In this document: in pieces, positions 52,616 through 64,000 of the stretch
Layout: each line of letters starts with the position of its first letter
Numbering within the stretch: position 1 is the first letter of the stretch
Source of the DNA: Callorhinchus milii
Lineage: Eukaryota
Direction of reading: 5' to 3'
Length of the DNA: 64,000 nucleotides
Assembly (NCBI RefSeq): GCF_018977255.1
Contig: NW_024704746.1
Span: 16,554,001-16,618,000 of the forward strand
Made by a program: the position numbers and the translations under genes
The notes under the pieces: generated by a model
What the model saw: only the letters and a program-made list of their open reading frames with translations
Database searches by the model: none
Told to the model about the DNA's origin: nothing

Positions 52616-52710
52616 CGAATGTTAAGCAGCTTCATTGTATGGATCAAGACACCTTTCTTCACATCGAAGTCTATCTTTTGATCAGTTCCAAAGCTAGGAG
52701 CACGGTTAAT
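52616..52710 (-). CDS. TTLL7: TTLL7 exon 6/17 (INRAPSFGTDQKIDFDVKKGVLIHTMKLLNIR)
   Basis: Completes the LLE-INRAPS motif. Acceptor cacag, donor CG|gtaagt, 95 nt. Confidence 0.96.
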
Positions 52711-53173
52711 CTGTGTGTGGAGAGAAAAAAAANCAGTATTTCTGAACACTTCCACAAAACAATATTTTAGTCTTCCTGAGGAAAGATCAGTTTTCCTAAG
52801 GGAAAGATGGCTATTGCAACATCTCTGCCCGTAAGGTCACATCAGAAATATAGCAATTTGTACAGTACGTGTGATGGGTTTTCTGAAAACCTGGTCCCAT
52901 TCTCAGCAGAAGGGCAAATTAAACAGATTTTTTTTAAAGTCAGTGGATGTAAAAGATACCGCTACCACAGGGGGGCAGCATTACATCAATCACAGTCACA
53001 AGGAGAACGAGAGAGGAGTCAGGACACTGTGTGAAAACTTAACGGGCGGACATACCAACATCCAGCAGAGAAAACTTACACACCCAGAGTCACAAAAAAA
53101 TAACTAAGGTTTGCAATCTGTCCTAAATGTTTTGTCACAAAATCTTAGTCTGTAGGACATCAAGGGCTACAAC

Positions 53174-53489
53174 ATAATAATAATAATCCTTGCATTCGAT
53201 ACAGCGCTTTTCACGTCGGGAGGATGTCCCAAAGCGCTTCACAGAACACACTGTAAAGTGAATTGACTGTATATTAGTGGGCGAACGCGGCAGCCAATTG
53301 CGCACAGCAATGTCCCACAAACAGTCATAGATTGAAAATGACCAATTTATTATTGTTTTTGGTTTTGGAGGGATTATTATTAGGTGTGTGGAGTAAGGAA
53401 ACTTGCCCTAGGTTTCGCCCTGCCTGGAATTGAACTCAGGTCTCTCGCTTGCAAAGCGAGTGGTCTAACCACTGAGCTACAGGACTCCA
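53174..53489 (-). mobile_element. Full-length young tRNA-derived SINE, same family
   Basis: Reverse complement aligns over its whole length with the 31479-31793 copy. Head has a CTTGCAA (Ala-TGC-like) anticodon loop. Confidence 0.92.
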
Positions 53490-53923
53490 GACATAGGGGC
53501 TGGGGATGCTGCTTCTTTGATCTCAATGTAATTTCACGACAGATTGGGTCCTCCACAAAAGACAGTTTAAAAATAATCAACAGGGACATGGCCTAAATCA
53601 TCTCAAAAATATGTAAACAGGAGCAAAACGCAGCACATTGGTTTCATCCTAGACGTGAAAAGCACTACATCAAATGCAAGGATTATTATTATTATTATTA
53701 TTATATCATCCTCAAAGTGCCCTGTGATTGTCCAACTAAAAATTCAGCCCAATAAAAGGTTTCATGGACAAATGATGAAAGGCCAGGAGCTGATCGGCCT
53801 GCAGAGACTTTCACTCTGAAATGATTCATGTTCATACATATATGCTGATGAATACGTATTTTATCTCCTTATGTATATGCACTAAATACAACAACACAAG
53901 TTTCACGTGAAAGTACACTTCAC

Positions 53924-54082
53924 CTCCAAAAGCCAGGGTTTCAGTTTCCTGTCCAGAAGGATGTCAAACCCGAGCACTTCGAAGCAGACGCTGCTGCTGC
54001 CTGTAGGCTGGCCAGGCCGGCACATACGGTAAGCGTGCAAGACGTGAGGCTCCGCCACGATCAAAGTCTTCACAACTAAATC
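53924..54082 (-). CDS. TTLL7: TTLL7 exon 5/17 (DLVVKTLIVAEPHVLHAYRMCRPGQPTGSSSVCFEVLGFDILLDRKLKPWLLE)
   Basis: CFEVLGFDILLD..LKPWLLE catalytic-region motif. Acceptor caacag, donor GAG|gtgaag, 159 nt. Confidence 0.97.
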
Positions 54083-54781
54083 CTGTTGATAAGAGACATA
54101 TTATCATAAACATGAAAATGAATTAGTAAGCCATATCCTGACCAGAAACGGCAGCCTAACACAACTGGTCAATATCAAGGGCTTTTGTTTCTAAATTTTA
54201 AAAAATACAACTTTTGGCCATCCTCTGCCACCTACTCCTTTAGATAGGTAAGGCAATGTCAAGCTGGATCATGGCTCACCAATGTACCTCCACCGTAAGC
54301 CTGTGCAAGGCCTTGTACAGCTTGCCTGATGAGGGCAGGTCAGCTAGGGTTTCAGTGAAGGGTGACATGCCATCCTTATGGCTTGTCCTTCTCTCTCCAA
54401 AGTACTGCTGCTAAAGTTTCCCAGCCAACCCAAATGCTTACAGAGCGAGCACCTGATTTATTCTTAATCTTCGTCATTAATCCGGCAATCACTAGTACTG
54501 GGCTGAAGTTTCAAAATGTGAAACACAACAAATCTTTCTTAGCCTCTTTGTAATAATCAATCATTTCCATTTGACTAACCCAATGTGCTGTATAAGGCTA
54601 TCTGGACTGTACAATGTGTTTGGGCAATAATAACTCCTCCTTAAAAAGACCAAGTTAAATTCCTCACAACTCCCAAATCTGTCAATTGCGATGTTACTGA
54701 ACTAGCAAATCATATTCCACAATTCTATTCACCATACTGAATCCAGCAAAGATTCATCTGCTGTAATATTGCACTGCACCT

Positions 54782-54854
54782 TATAATCAATCTCCACTTG
54801 ATGTCTGCTCCATTCATCCCATATAATCAATCTCCACTTGATGTCTGCTCCATT
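54782..54854. repeat. Direct duplication of 33 nt (period 40)
   Basis: TATAATCAATCTCCACTTGATGTCTGCTCCATT at 54782 and 54822. Confidence 0.97.
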
Positions 54855-54912
54855 GTTGATGGAAAGACTATGTCTTGGAGTCACTCCAAGACATAGTCTT
54901 TCCATCAACAAT
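54852..54912. repeat. Perfect palindrome, 30-bp arms with 1-nt centre
   Basis: ATTGTTGATGGAAAGACTATGTCTTGGAGT-C-ACTCCAAGACATAGTCTTTCCATCAACAAT. Confidence 0.97.
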
Positions 54913-55718
54913 CAAAAATAATAGAATAAAGCGCATCACGTGCTGATAATTCTCTTGTGAATTTACAGACCATTCACACCAGCTAAATAACAGGGATCCT
55001 GATGCTGCAGGAGAACATGAACACACCCAGAGCATCGCTGGCCCACGTACATCAACTAAAGGTTTTGGCTGAGCTCTGATGCCCTCCATGGTTGACTAAC
55101 CTGCCAATACTCACTCTCTCCACTCACCCATAAAGAATAGCCACTTGGGCAACATACCAGAACATTCTCTACACATGTGAAATTGTACCTTAAGGATTGT
55201 ACCTTGAGTGAAGGAGGTGGGGAGCAATTTACAAAAGAGCCTTAACTTCTCCCTTGCCCATTACTGTAATTTAACCTGCAGACACTTACAAGAAGGGAGT
55301 TCTAAAAATGAAAAGTATGAGTATGAAGGTAAAGGGTTATAAGATATTCCATTAGACTATAAGGTGTGGTGGTCCATTGGTGACCAATGTCGTAAATGCA
55401 AATTCCTATTATTCCTGGCTATATAACGTATGAAAGACCTGCCAATTCAGATGTCATGGCTGATGTTAGCAATGGGCTGTGTTAGGGCTCCATTAACACA
55501 ATGGGGACCAGCAATTAACAAACCTATTAGCAAACCTCAGGAGAAGACACTGTGTGTTGATATAACTGTCAGGTTTCTTAGCGTATAGGGAATTTTTCAT
55601 AAATTACATGGCTGAGACATAAAAGGGGGAAGCTCTTTGTAATAAGAGCATTTTTGTATCTTGGATTACATTTAATTCCTAGGACGAAATCCATTTCAGA
55701 AAGAAAATCAATACGTAC

Positions 55719-55883
55719 GGAAACATCATTCCAAAATTTGGTTACATCATATTCGTTGCTTTGAAGGAATTCAGTGAACCACCTGATAGAGCGTTTGCTG
55801 CCTCGGTCTGCATTCTCATCCCGCTCAAAGTTCTCATTGTGCTTGTTCACTGAGTAGTTGGTCAAGTGCATAAACAACTGACT
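55719..55883 (-). CDS. TTLL7: TTLL7 exon 4/17 (SQLFMHLTNYSVNKHNENF...KFWNDVS)
   Basis: HLTNYSVNK motif. Acceptor cacag, donor TCC|gtacgt, 165 nt. Confidence 0.97.
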
Positions 55884-57010
55884 CTGTGTGAGTTGGAAAG
55901 AAAGGACTGTTAAGTGAACTCCTGTGCCATGTCCTCTCAATCACTGGGGTGGTCACAACAACAACAACAAAATTTCATTTGTATAGCGCCTTTCACATCG
56001 GGTGGAAATCCCAAGACGCTGGACAGACAGAGTTTCGGACTCTGCCTGAAACCCTGTTACATATAAATGCCGTGATCTCCTACAAGCTGAAACCAATTAA
56101 ATATTGATGTTCTGGTAATCGTACAAGTTATGGGGAGCTGGTTATTACCACTACACATGTTGCAATTTATAGCATGCTAGAGACTTGGTGTCAGATTAAA
56201 CAAGCAACCAACCCTCGCTTTTTAATTCACTCATCTCCTATTTATAATAATCCTCGCATTTCACAAAGCTCCTTGTTGTGTTATCAAAACATCTTCAAAG
56301 CTCTTCACCGGACTTTACTGTAAAGTGAAGTGTAGTGACTGTATTTTATTTGAGGCAGCCGCTTTTCTCTACGATCAGTCATCAACAACAACAACAATAA
56401 AATTACATTTATAGAGCGCCTTTCACGTCAGGAGGCCGTCCCAAATTGCTGAAAGTGAAGTGAATGAGTGAATGAGCAAATTTAATTCCTGTTCATGCTG
56501 CACTGGCTGGATGCGCAATTTTACATTCAGTCCATTTAAGGTTCTTGTTTATCTGACACACTGTTCTCCTGTTCTAATCTAACATCTTTTCATACTGTAA
56601 ATACTGTATAATTAAATAGTGATATGAACTGCGGTAAATTAAGGGGAGCCTTTCCCTCACAGTCACTGAACTGTACAATTTAAATAGAACAGGTTTGAAT
56701 TCCCAGAGGCAGCTGTTAGAGCAACAATACTTCTTGTATTTAAAAACTTAGTGGGTTATTGCAAGTGACAGACAAACATATGAGGGCAGCAATCTGTTGT
56801 AAATGGCGCTGACCAAAATAGCTACGGAGGAACTGCTACCTGCAAAGCAATGGGAGTTGTCCCATCAAGTGTCACATCATCTGCAGAACCAGTGGGGCAT
56901 TCATCATGTGACAAGAACTTTGAATCAAAATTAACCTGCTCCCAGCAAACCTACTATTACTGAAAAAAATTACAATTATCACTTGATCTAAGGCCCGGCC
57001 AATACTAATG

Positions 57011-57312
57011 AATAATAATAAAATTCCTTGCATTTGATAAAGCGTCTTATCACGTCACTGAGACATCTCAAAGCATTTCGCGAGATATACTGCAAAGCGG
57101 ATCGAGTATGTATTCTGTGGGTTAAACATGGCAGCCAGTTACGCACAGCAATGTCTCACAAGCATCCAGGGAGTGAGTGACCTATTTTTTGGGGGGGACT
57201 GTTGGCCAGGGCACCGGGAGCAAACCCCATCTCTTTTCGCATATTTCCATGGGATCTTTGACGCGCGCCTGAACAGGCAGATGTGTCCTCGGTTTATGTC
57301 TCGTCCAAAGGA
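57011..57312 (-). mobile_element. DeuSINE-type fragment
   Basis: Deu-like core (GATCCCATGG..GAAAAGAG..CCCGGTGCCCTGGCCAAC) plus shared tail. Confidence 0.75.
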
Positions 57313-57747
57313 ATATTAAACAGTATTAACCAGGTGAACCTGAAAATATTTTCCGAGGCCTATTTGCTGTTTTCAAGAATGGAAAATGTCCCCATGTGCT
57401 GATTGACAAGATTCAGTTAGGCCAGTATCCCCTGATTAAGCTTGAAGAGGTCAGTTTGGGCTTAGGAAGAGAATCCCTGCCCATTTGGAATATAAAATAG
57501 CATTGCCCTGGGCTTTGCAGCCTGGTTTGAGCACTGCCATTATTCAGAAATCAAGTAAACATAGTTTAGCATTGTTCCTCAAACAAGGAATAGATTTAGC
57601 AAGCGGCAATGTTAACCCCGTTGATATAATTGGAAATGGAGCTACGCTAGAGCCAGTCTATGAAACTGTCCAGCCAATCCACCCACTTGCGGCACTTATA
57701 ATTGTTACATTTTAATGAATTGCTCATCGGAGCCAAAATCAGCTTAC

Positions 57748-57964
57748 CAAGTTGGAGTCATTGGGAGCATGATACTTCTCAGTGCCCATCCGCACCAGTC
57801 CATCATTATATAAAAATATTCGTAAAGGATCACAAGACGTCACCAGAATGTATATCCTCAAGTCAAACTTGTAGCCCTCCATAAGGAATGGCTTATCGAG
57901 ATATTCCTGTACTATTAAGTGTTCGTTAGCTTGGAGCTTCTCACCGCTTCTGATCAGTGAGATC
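57748..57964 (-). CDS. TTLL7: TTLL7 exon 3/17 (ISLIRSGEKLQANEHLIVQEYLDKPFLMEGYKFDLRIYILVTSCDPLRIFLYNDGLVRMGTEKYHAPNDSNL)
   Basis: Hand translation gives the TTL core motifs VQEY, KFDLR and GLVR. Acceptor ttttag, donor TTG|gtaagc, 217 nt. Confidence 0.97.
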
Positions 57965-60900
57965 CTAAAATAGAAACAAATATAACAAAGCTATCAATTT
58001 CAACTGAGCAAAGCAAAGGAAGGATTTTCCCACTCCTACATAAAACAGCACTGAAATAGCTGCACATAATAATAAAACAATAATAATAACATCCACTCAA
58101 ACTGTGTCCTGAGAAGATTGAGGAGGAGGGCTGATGTGTTGTTGGTGCTTTTGCAAGGGAAGCACAAATATCAGAAGGCAAAGCAGCCCAAGATACTCTC
58201 ACACACATTGATTGCAGTGCTGGGTTACACAGCAACAATGGAGGAACTCTCAGAACAGCCATGCACACAGCTGGACAATGATGCTTGGTAAAAGCTGCAG
58301 GAAACAAAACCAAACACCCAACTAATAATAATAATCCTTGTATTTTTATATAATAATCCTTGCAAATAAACGAACACTGCAGGACTCTTTTGAAAGAAAG
58401 AGCAAGGCTGTGAAAGAGTGGAATGTTGCTATTTATTGTTTTCTATTCTTTTGCCTTATGTCAATTTATAAATCTGTTTTTCCAACCTCACTTCTCCCTT
58501 TGCCATTATTCCTCAGGAGTGGAGATGACCTTCCAATGCAACTCTGCAAATGGGTAAGTGAGAGCCACTCCCCGAAAGGTTGCAGGAACTCATCCCAGTT
58601 GCCTTCCAAATGTTTACGGTGTAACCAATATTTGCTGCACCAGATGGCACTATATTCCATACGTTGACTGCGCACAAGGCAGCTACTTGGTTAAGTTCCA
58701 TGGCTCCTTCAGCTTACAATCACATCCTGTCCTTTATTAAATACTCATGCTGCATGGTTATGTAATCGTGATTTCCAGTTTAAGGAAGCAAGTTGGCCAA
58801 AGATTTGAATGAGTTCTCTTCAAATTAATCATCCTTGACTGCAGCAGGGAAACATGGAGTAGGGAGCAAAATAACCCTACATTTAAAATAGAACAGTCTG
58901 CCGCACAATCTCTGAAGAATTAACCAAAGACTTTGAGAACTAGAGATTTGTTGCAGATATTCAGAGTTGAACATATCGGAGCTATTTACACGTCATTGTC
59001 CATGTCACTGAAACTCATTCAAATCTTAACAACAAAGTACATCAGCTGTTTAAACGTTGGATTCAGAAATATAGGCAATTTTTATAATACTTATATTCTT
59101 AAAGAACTCTTCACTTAGAATCTGCATAGAGCCGTCAAACCCTTGTCTGCCACAAAGGTAATCTGTCACCCAATACAGCTAGTGGTTTCTGGTTATTTGT
59201 TCTCACGTAAACACCAAGTAAATGAGAGATGTTTCAAACATTTGGACCAACTCTCAGTAAACTGTCAGTACATCCAGGTGGTTTTCTATGCAGACTGCTG
59301 CAACTGCAATGGCACAGCTCTTTACCACAAGACGACAGCTCTCTGTGAGAATCATTATGTCCTATTGAAACCGCAATCCTTGATAAATAAGTCATGCAGT
59401 GTCAAATGGAACATAATGAGTAAGACTTGCATCATGTGATACATTTCCCATAAATGAATGTAAATATTTAAACACCATTGATTCATCATGCACAGATGTA
59501 TCTATACAAAGCCAATTCAAGCGTAACTCCAGAAAATGTTTCATATTAGCCTTTTCCTGGTATGCGTGTTATCATTACCAGTAAGAAGCAACCTTTTATC
59601 AGACCCTGATAGCTGGTCTACAACCCTGTCAGGCCAGAGTCTCGGCATTAGCAACAGGACTTTGTCACTAATGCACCTCGCTTTAAAGATATTACAGCTG
59701 CTTGATGCCTATGATTCTCCAGATGGTGATTCAGCAGGACATTAATATCCGTAGAATTACTTGAAGGGACAGGTTACTGCGCAGTGTGCACCAGCAACTT
59801 TCAAGGACGTTGTCCTCTTGTCCTTCCTCACATTTTTGGCAAAGATCCCAATAAATAAATTGGAATTAAAGCAAAGATAGTCAAGTGACTAATAAAAACA
59901 CAGATTTTGAAAATGACTGGAGTGTGTTGAAAATGTTATTACTATAGCTATGAATTTTTGTTTTTGTGATATATATCGCAATAATTGTTCATTCAGGTGT
60001 TTTTTCATGCAGAATGGAGTTTAATTTGTATTATTCACTTACAATGAGTGATGAGAAGACTTATGATAAGTGGAATAGGGAAGGTACATTAGTGTTACCA
60101 AGCAGCCTCTGTTTGGCCGAAGTGCTCCCTCAGATTAAATGTTCTCGTTAGACTATTTTGTGAAGTCAATGTTGGCCTCTTGATAGTCAATGTCAGTAGC
60201 GATTTGTATTAATGTCAGAAATTATTAAATTAATTACAAATATTTCTGGAAGATTTAATGACAAAGGAAATAAAACGCCTGAAGTAACTCTTGCGTTGAA
60301 TTTAATAAACCCTCAGCTGCCCACTACTGTCGCTCAGAGGGAACAGATGGGACAGGCACATTCAGCTCGCTGCAAGGAGGAAAGGGTGAGAATCATGAGA
60401 AAGGATTGGACAGTGTGACAAAATCAAGACAAACGTTGAGAAGAGGGATGAGAAAGGCAAGAGGACAAAGTGAACACTGCCATCATGTGAAGCTCCATAA
60501 CGTTTACATCTCTGTCTCATTTCTCCTGTATTTTTCTAGAAGACTAGAACTGTAACCTATGGCAGTTACAAATTTATAACTGGGAAGATAGGAGATGCAG
60601 TGGATTTTTAAGCTTGGGATGACCAGATGGACTACAATGGTCCCCTCCAGCCTGGTAGATTTCTTACATTCCTACACAAGGACATTATAATCACTTCAAT
60701 ATGATACCTAACTCTGTTGACATAACACAAGCACAGCAAGTCTAGAATACCGGTCGGTCTCCACTTCTATTTTAACTCAACTGCACTTCAGGAGGTTGAA
60801 GTCAATAATAATGATGCGCTTGTGCTATATGTGGCATCGTACAGCATTTCTGCTCATACATCTAACGCCAATATATAAAAGCAGGATGACTAGATAACTG

Positions 60901-61014
60901 GTCACCTTCCCATTTGGAAGTGATGGAATTTATCAGTACGACCAGCTTCTAAAGGAATATTCTTCCTAATGAAGATCAGCAGAACTGGTGAAAAAATTTA
61001 GGAGCTGTATTTAT

Positions 61015-61285
61015 CGGAGAGCTGATTATGGGGTTAAACGCTGCCTTTTAGTGCAGTGTGAAGCAGCAATAAACAAGACAACCAGAATGCTGGACTGCAT
61101 TGCCAGATCGGTTGAGTTCAGTTGAGTTCAGATCCCCAGACGTCATACTCAAGCTATATAATGCTTTGGTCAGGCTGAACCTGGAATACTGCGTACAGTT
61201 CTCGTCACTGGGACACAAGGCAGCTGCCCAGGGCCTCGGGGCAATGCAAAGGAAGATCACAGGGGACATAACAGGGATGAAATAG
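61015..61285 (+). mobile_element. Old CR1 RT fragment
   Basis: VILKLYNALVRLNLEYCVQF..QRKIT..I.GM parallels LYRALVRPHLEYCVQFWSP in the large CR1. Confidence 0.8.
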
Positions 61286-62787
61286 AGCTACATATTAATA
61301 AATAAATGTGATGGCTGTGGCAAAAGCGCAGGAGAAATGTTCATGCAGCACAGCCATGAAATGAAATTGTTTCCTTTTACAGTAATTGATTTCTAACATG
61401 ATCATGAAGTAACTTTTTAGTGATTGACAAGTCCTTACAAGTAGCTAGATTAAATCTCTTTAATGTTATACTAGACAAGAGCGGCACAGACACCAAACAC
61501 TCTGAACAATTAATTTATTTCCTTTATTCACAGTCCTATTCAATTTCTAAGACTGGAATTGTATGATTAATGGTTGAAAATAGCTAGAATCTCCATCCCT
61601 AATAAAAAAATGCAGCAAGTATTATTGTGATCAGTTTTGTTTCACAATAGCCAGACTGAACCTGCACATTACCTGCACATAACCTTTAATGATACCTTCA
61701 GGTAATATTTATTTCTACTGTAATATCTTGTCACAGATTTCATCAGATTTTGCTGTAGATTTAAAGCAATCAATGACCTTATAAAGGAGAATAGTTTTGT
61801 GGTTCTGGCTAACTGAGTAAAACAAGCTACAGTCTAACATTCCCAATAAATGGGTACAACTCACGAGAGTTACAGTCTAATAATTAGATAAACTGATTAT
61901 TGCTTTTACATAAAATAATATTTGACATAAATTGAGTAGTACACAGATGTTTGTAGCCTTTACTTGTCCGTCAGTTGGCATTAAAGTGATTAATAATAAC
62001 AATAATCCTTGCATTTAATATAGGGCCTTCAAATCAGGAAGATGTCTCAAAGAGATTCACAGGAATTATTGTAAAATGTAGCCCACAATTTAGTCCTTCC
62101 TTAAAAATGTTTCTCTCTCTCTAAAAAAATGAATGTCTCATGTATTTTAGCGACACACTGACAAGCTTTCCTCTTCATTTTTGTATGCTTCGGTGCCTGA
62201 GAAATCAACATTAGAAATGACATAATATAACAAATATAAAAGCAGCATATTGAGGGGAGAATTTAAGATTAGAAAATCTTAAACATGATTGTTTTGGCTT
62301 TTACATAAAACTATATCTGTGCCACTGTTTAAATAGTTTATTCTAACTAATGCCAGCTCATGCCCAATGCTATCAAATGGAAGGTTATTTTGAATGTCAT
62401 CTGATGAAGTAAGCTCAGGTCTGTGCCGGTATTACTACAAAATACCAAACTGTAGTAAGTCTGCAACGTCCCTTAAAAAGACAGTTGAAGGATGCAACTG
62501 AAATTGTGATGGCATCTTACACACATACCCAAGAAATTGCAATTCATCGCAATGATGAGACTGCAAACTGCAGATGGCTGGGTATGCCAATGTAGATCCA
62601 ATGTGAACTGTGCAAACAAACAGTGTCCCATCAGGTTTGTCAGAAGGATTCTCCACCACCAATAAAACTGACATGTTCAAAATCACACTCCACTTTCCAA
62701 TTATTTGACTTGTTCGGACAAAATGAAAATGGTAGGGTCTTCCTGCTATCCCGTGCCCACAAGCTTCAGATTAAAGATTTGACATAC

Positions 62788-62946
62788 CCATGACCCATTG
62801 CTCCGTTAGATGGTTTTACTATAAATGTCTTCTGTCTTCGTTTCTTTTTTAGTTCCTTTATACAATTCTGGAACTGGGAGTATTCTGCAGGGAAGATCCA
62901 CGTTCTAGGTGTGAAGCTGTATTCCTGAGCCTGGGATTTGATCATT
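62788..62946 (-). CDS. TTLL7: TTLL7 exon 2/17 (MIKSQAQEYSFTPRTWIFPAEY...FIVKPSNGAMGHG)
   Basis: TTL ATP-grasp motifs PRTW and IVKP.NGAMG.G. Acceptor ttcag, donor GG|gtatgt, 159 nt, phase matches neighbours. Confidence 0.97.
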
Positions 62947-63611
62947 CTGAAAAACAATAAAGGTAATAGTTTTACGATGACTTCAGTTTCTGAAATGTGC
63001 ATTGTTTAAATATAATATATTATGTTTGTCATTTATTTTCCCCAGTCCTGTCACATTCAGCTGAGAATAACAGAATGGAACCATCTCAGCTTGCTATTTC
63101 TCCACAGCTAAAATCCCACCACTCTTTATTCTGCCAGCAGTAGGGTAAGCTGATCTGTGGCACATTTTCTCCTCCAACCTCCCCTGAGATGGAATGTCTT
63201 GTTTCCACAGCCAACTCAAGAATCAACAAAACTCATCCAACTGAAGCAAGTGAGTTACAGGAACACACAGCTCTAGGACTTGAACTCATTAACTTCTGAT
63301 TGGAAGCCAATCAATCATTTATACCGCTTGAGCTTCCAGGCTAACCTATGGATTTTTTTTTAACTGCTGGACATTATTGAGACACACAGCACATCTGAAT
63401 AAAATGTCAGTTAAGGCTATCAACCCAAAGCATTGGAGTCTTAGACATTTCACTGCCAACTAAATGTTGAGAAATTCAGTGTGAGGTATTGGTTTACCAT
63501 TTCCAATAGCAGACAAAACGGCTCAATAATACTATGGTAGACCAGTAAATCCCAGATATTCTAATGATTTTCATCAGTATCAAAACTACTCTTGCAACAC
63601 AGATCACTTAC

Positions 63612-63679
63612 TTGGCCATGTTTCTTGCCAGACAATCCTTGCGACAGATCTCCCCCATTCCTGGAAAATGGTTGATCCT
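63612..63679 (-). CDS. TTLL7: TTLL7 coding exon 1 of 17 in window (RINHFPGMGEICRKDCLARNMAK); gene continues upstream of window
   Basis: Translation closely matches recalled vertebrate TTLL7 (RINHFPGMGEICRKD.LARNM.K). Acceptor tttttatag, donor AA|gtaagt, 68 nt. Confidence 0.96.
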
Positions 63680-64000
63680 CTATAAAAACAGACAAAAGAA
63701 CCCTATTCCATATAATAGTTGACAGAGGTAATGGGATTACTATGGTAGATAGTTATATGTGCAGTTTTATTCAATAACATAGTAGATAGTAGATACATAA
63801 ATATATATTCAATGAGTAAATAAAACTAGTTATACAGTTGAATTCATATTTTTATTCAATTCTTCTCTCCCAACCTCTTTGAAGGCATTTTGACTCTTTC
63901 TCCCTCTACTGAGAAATGGTGAGACGTCCTCCTGATGTGAAAGGCGCTATACAAATGTAATTTGTTGTTATTGTTCCACTGCCACCTGAACCTCACTGAA

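Noticed and set aside
52733-52733. Single N near the exon 6 acceptor
   Set aside because: Assembly ambiguity at the end of a homopolymer, not biology.
54782-54854. Possible CRISPR-like repeat
   Set aside because: Only two copies with a 7-nt spacer, vertebrate context, no cas genes.
1-64000. Most short ORFs in the six-frame track
   Set aside because: Random ORFs in intronic or intergenic eukaryotic DNA, many starting at GTG/TTG or derived from SINE tails (KCKDYYYY) or antisense LINE sequence.

Overview
Vertebrate genomic DNA, most likely a cartilaginous fish (probably a chimaera such as Callorhinchus, judged from the repeat families). It is not a prokaryotic operon region, and nearly all short ORFs in the track are noise. 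The window holds the 3' 17 coding exons of the tubulin polyglutamylase TTLL7 on the minus strand (63679 down to the stop at 14688-14690). All introns are GT-AG, and the exons splice in frame to 2436 nt = 811 aa + stop; the 5' exons lie beyond position 64000. A probable ~2.3-3 kb 3'UTR and intergenic DNA follow. The introns carry a near full-length decayed CR1 LINE (~46664-50806, +), many tRNA-derived SINEs with L2-type tails, L2/CR1/RTE fragments and a Tc1/mariner MITE. The most interesting observations are: (1) a coronavirus-type U-UUA-AAC slippery heptamer in the exact phase needed to -1 frameshift from CR1 ORF1 into ORF2; (2) an unannotated exon-like unit in a TTLL7 intron that could yield a tail-anchored isoform, next to a cluster of apparently dead exons; (3) a perfect 61-bp palindrome fused to a tandem duplication, and a separate 80-nt intronic hairpin.
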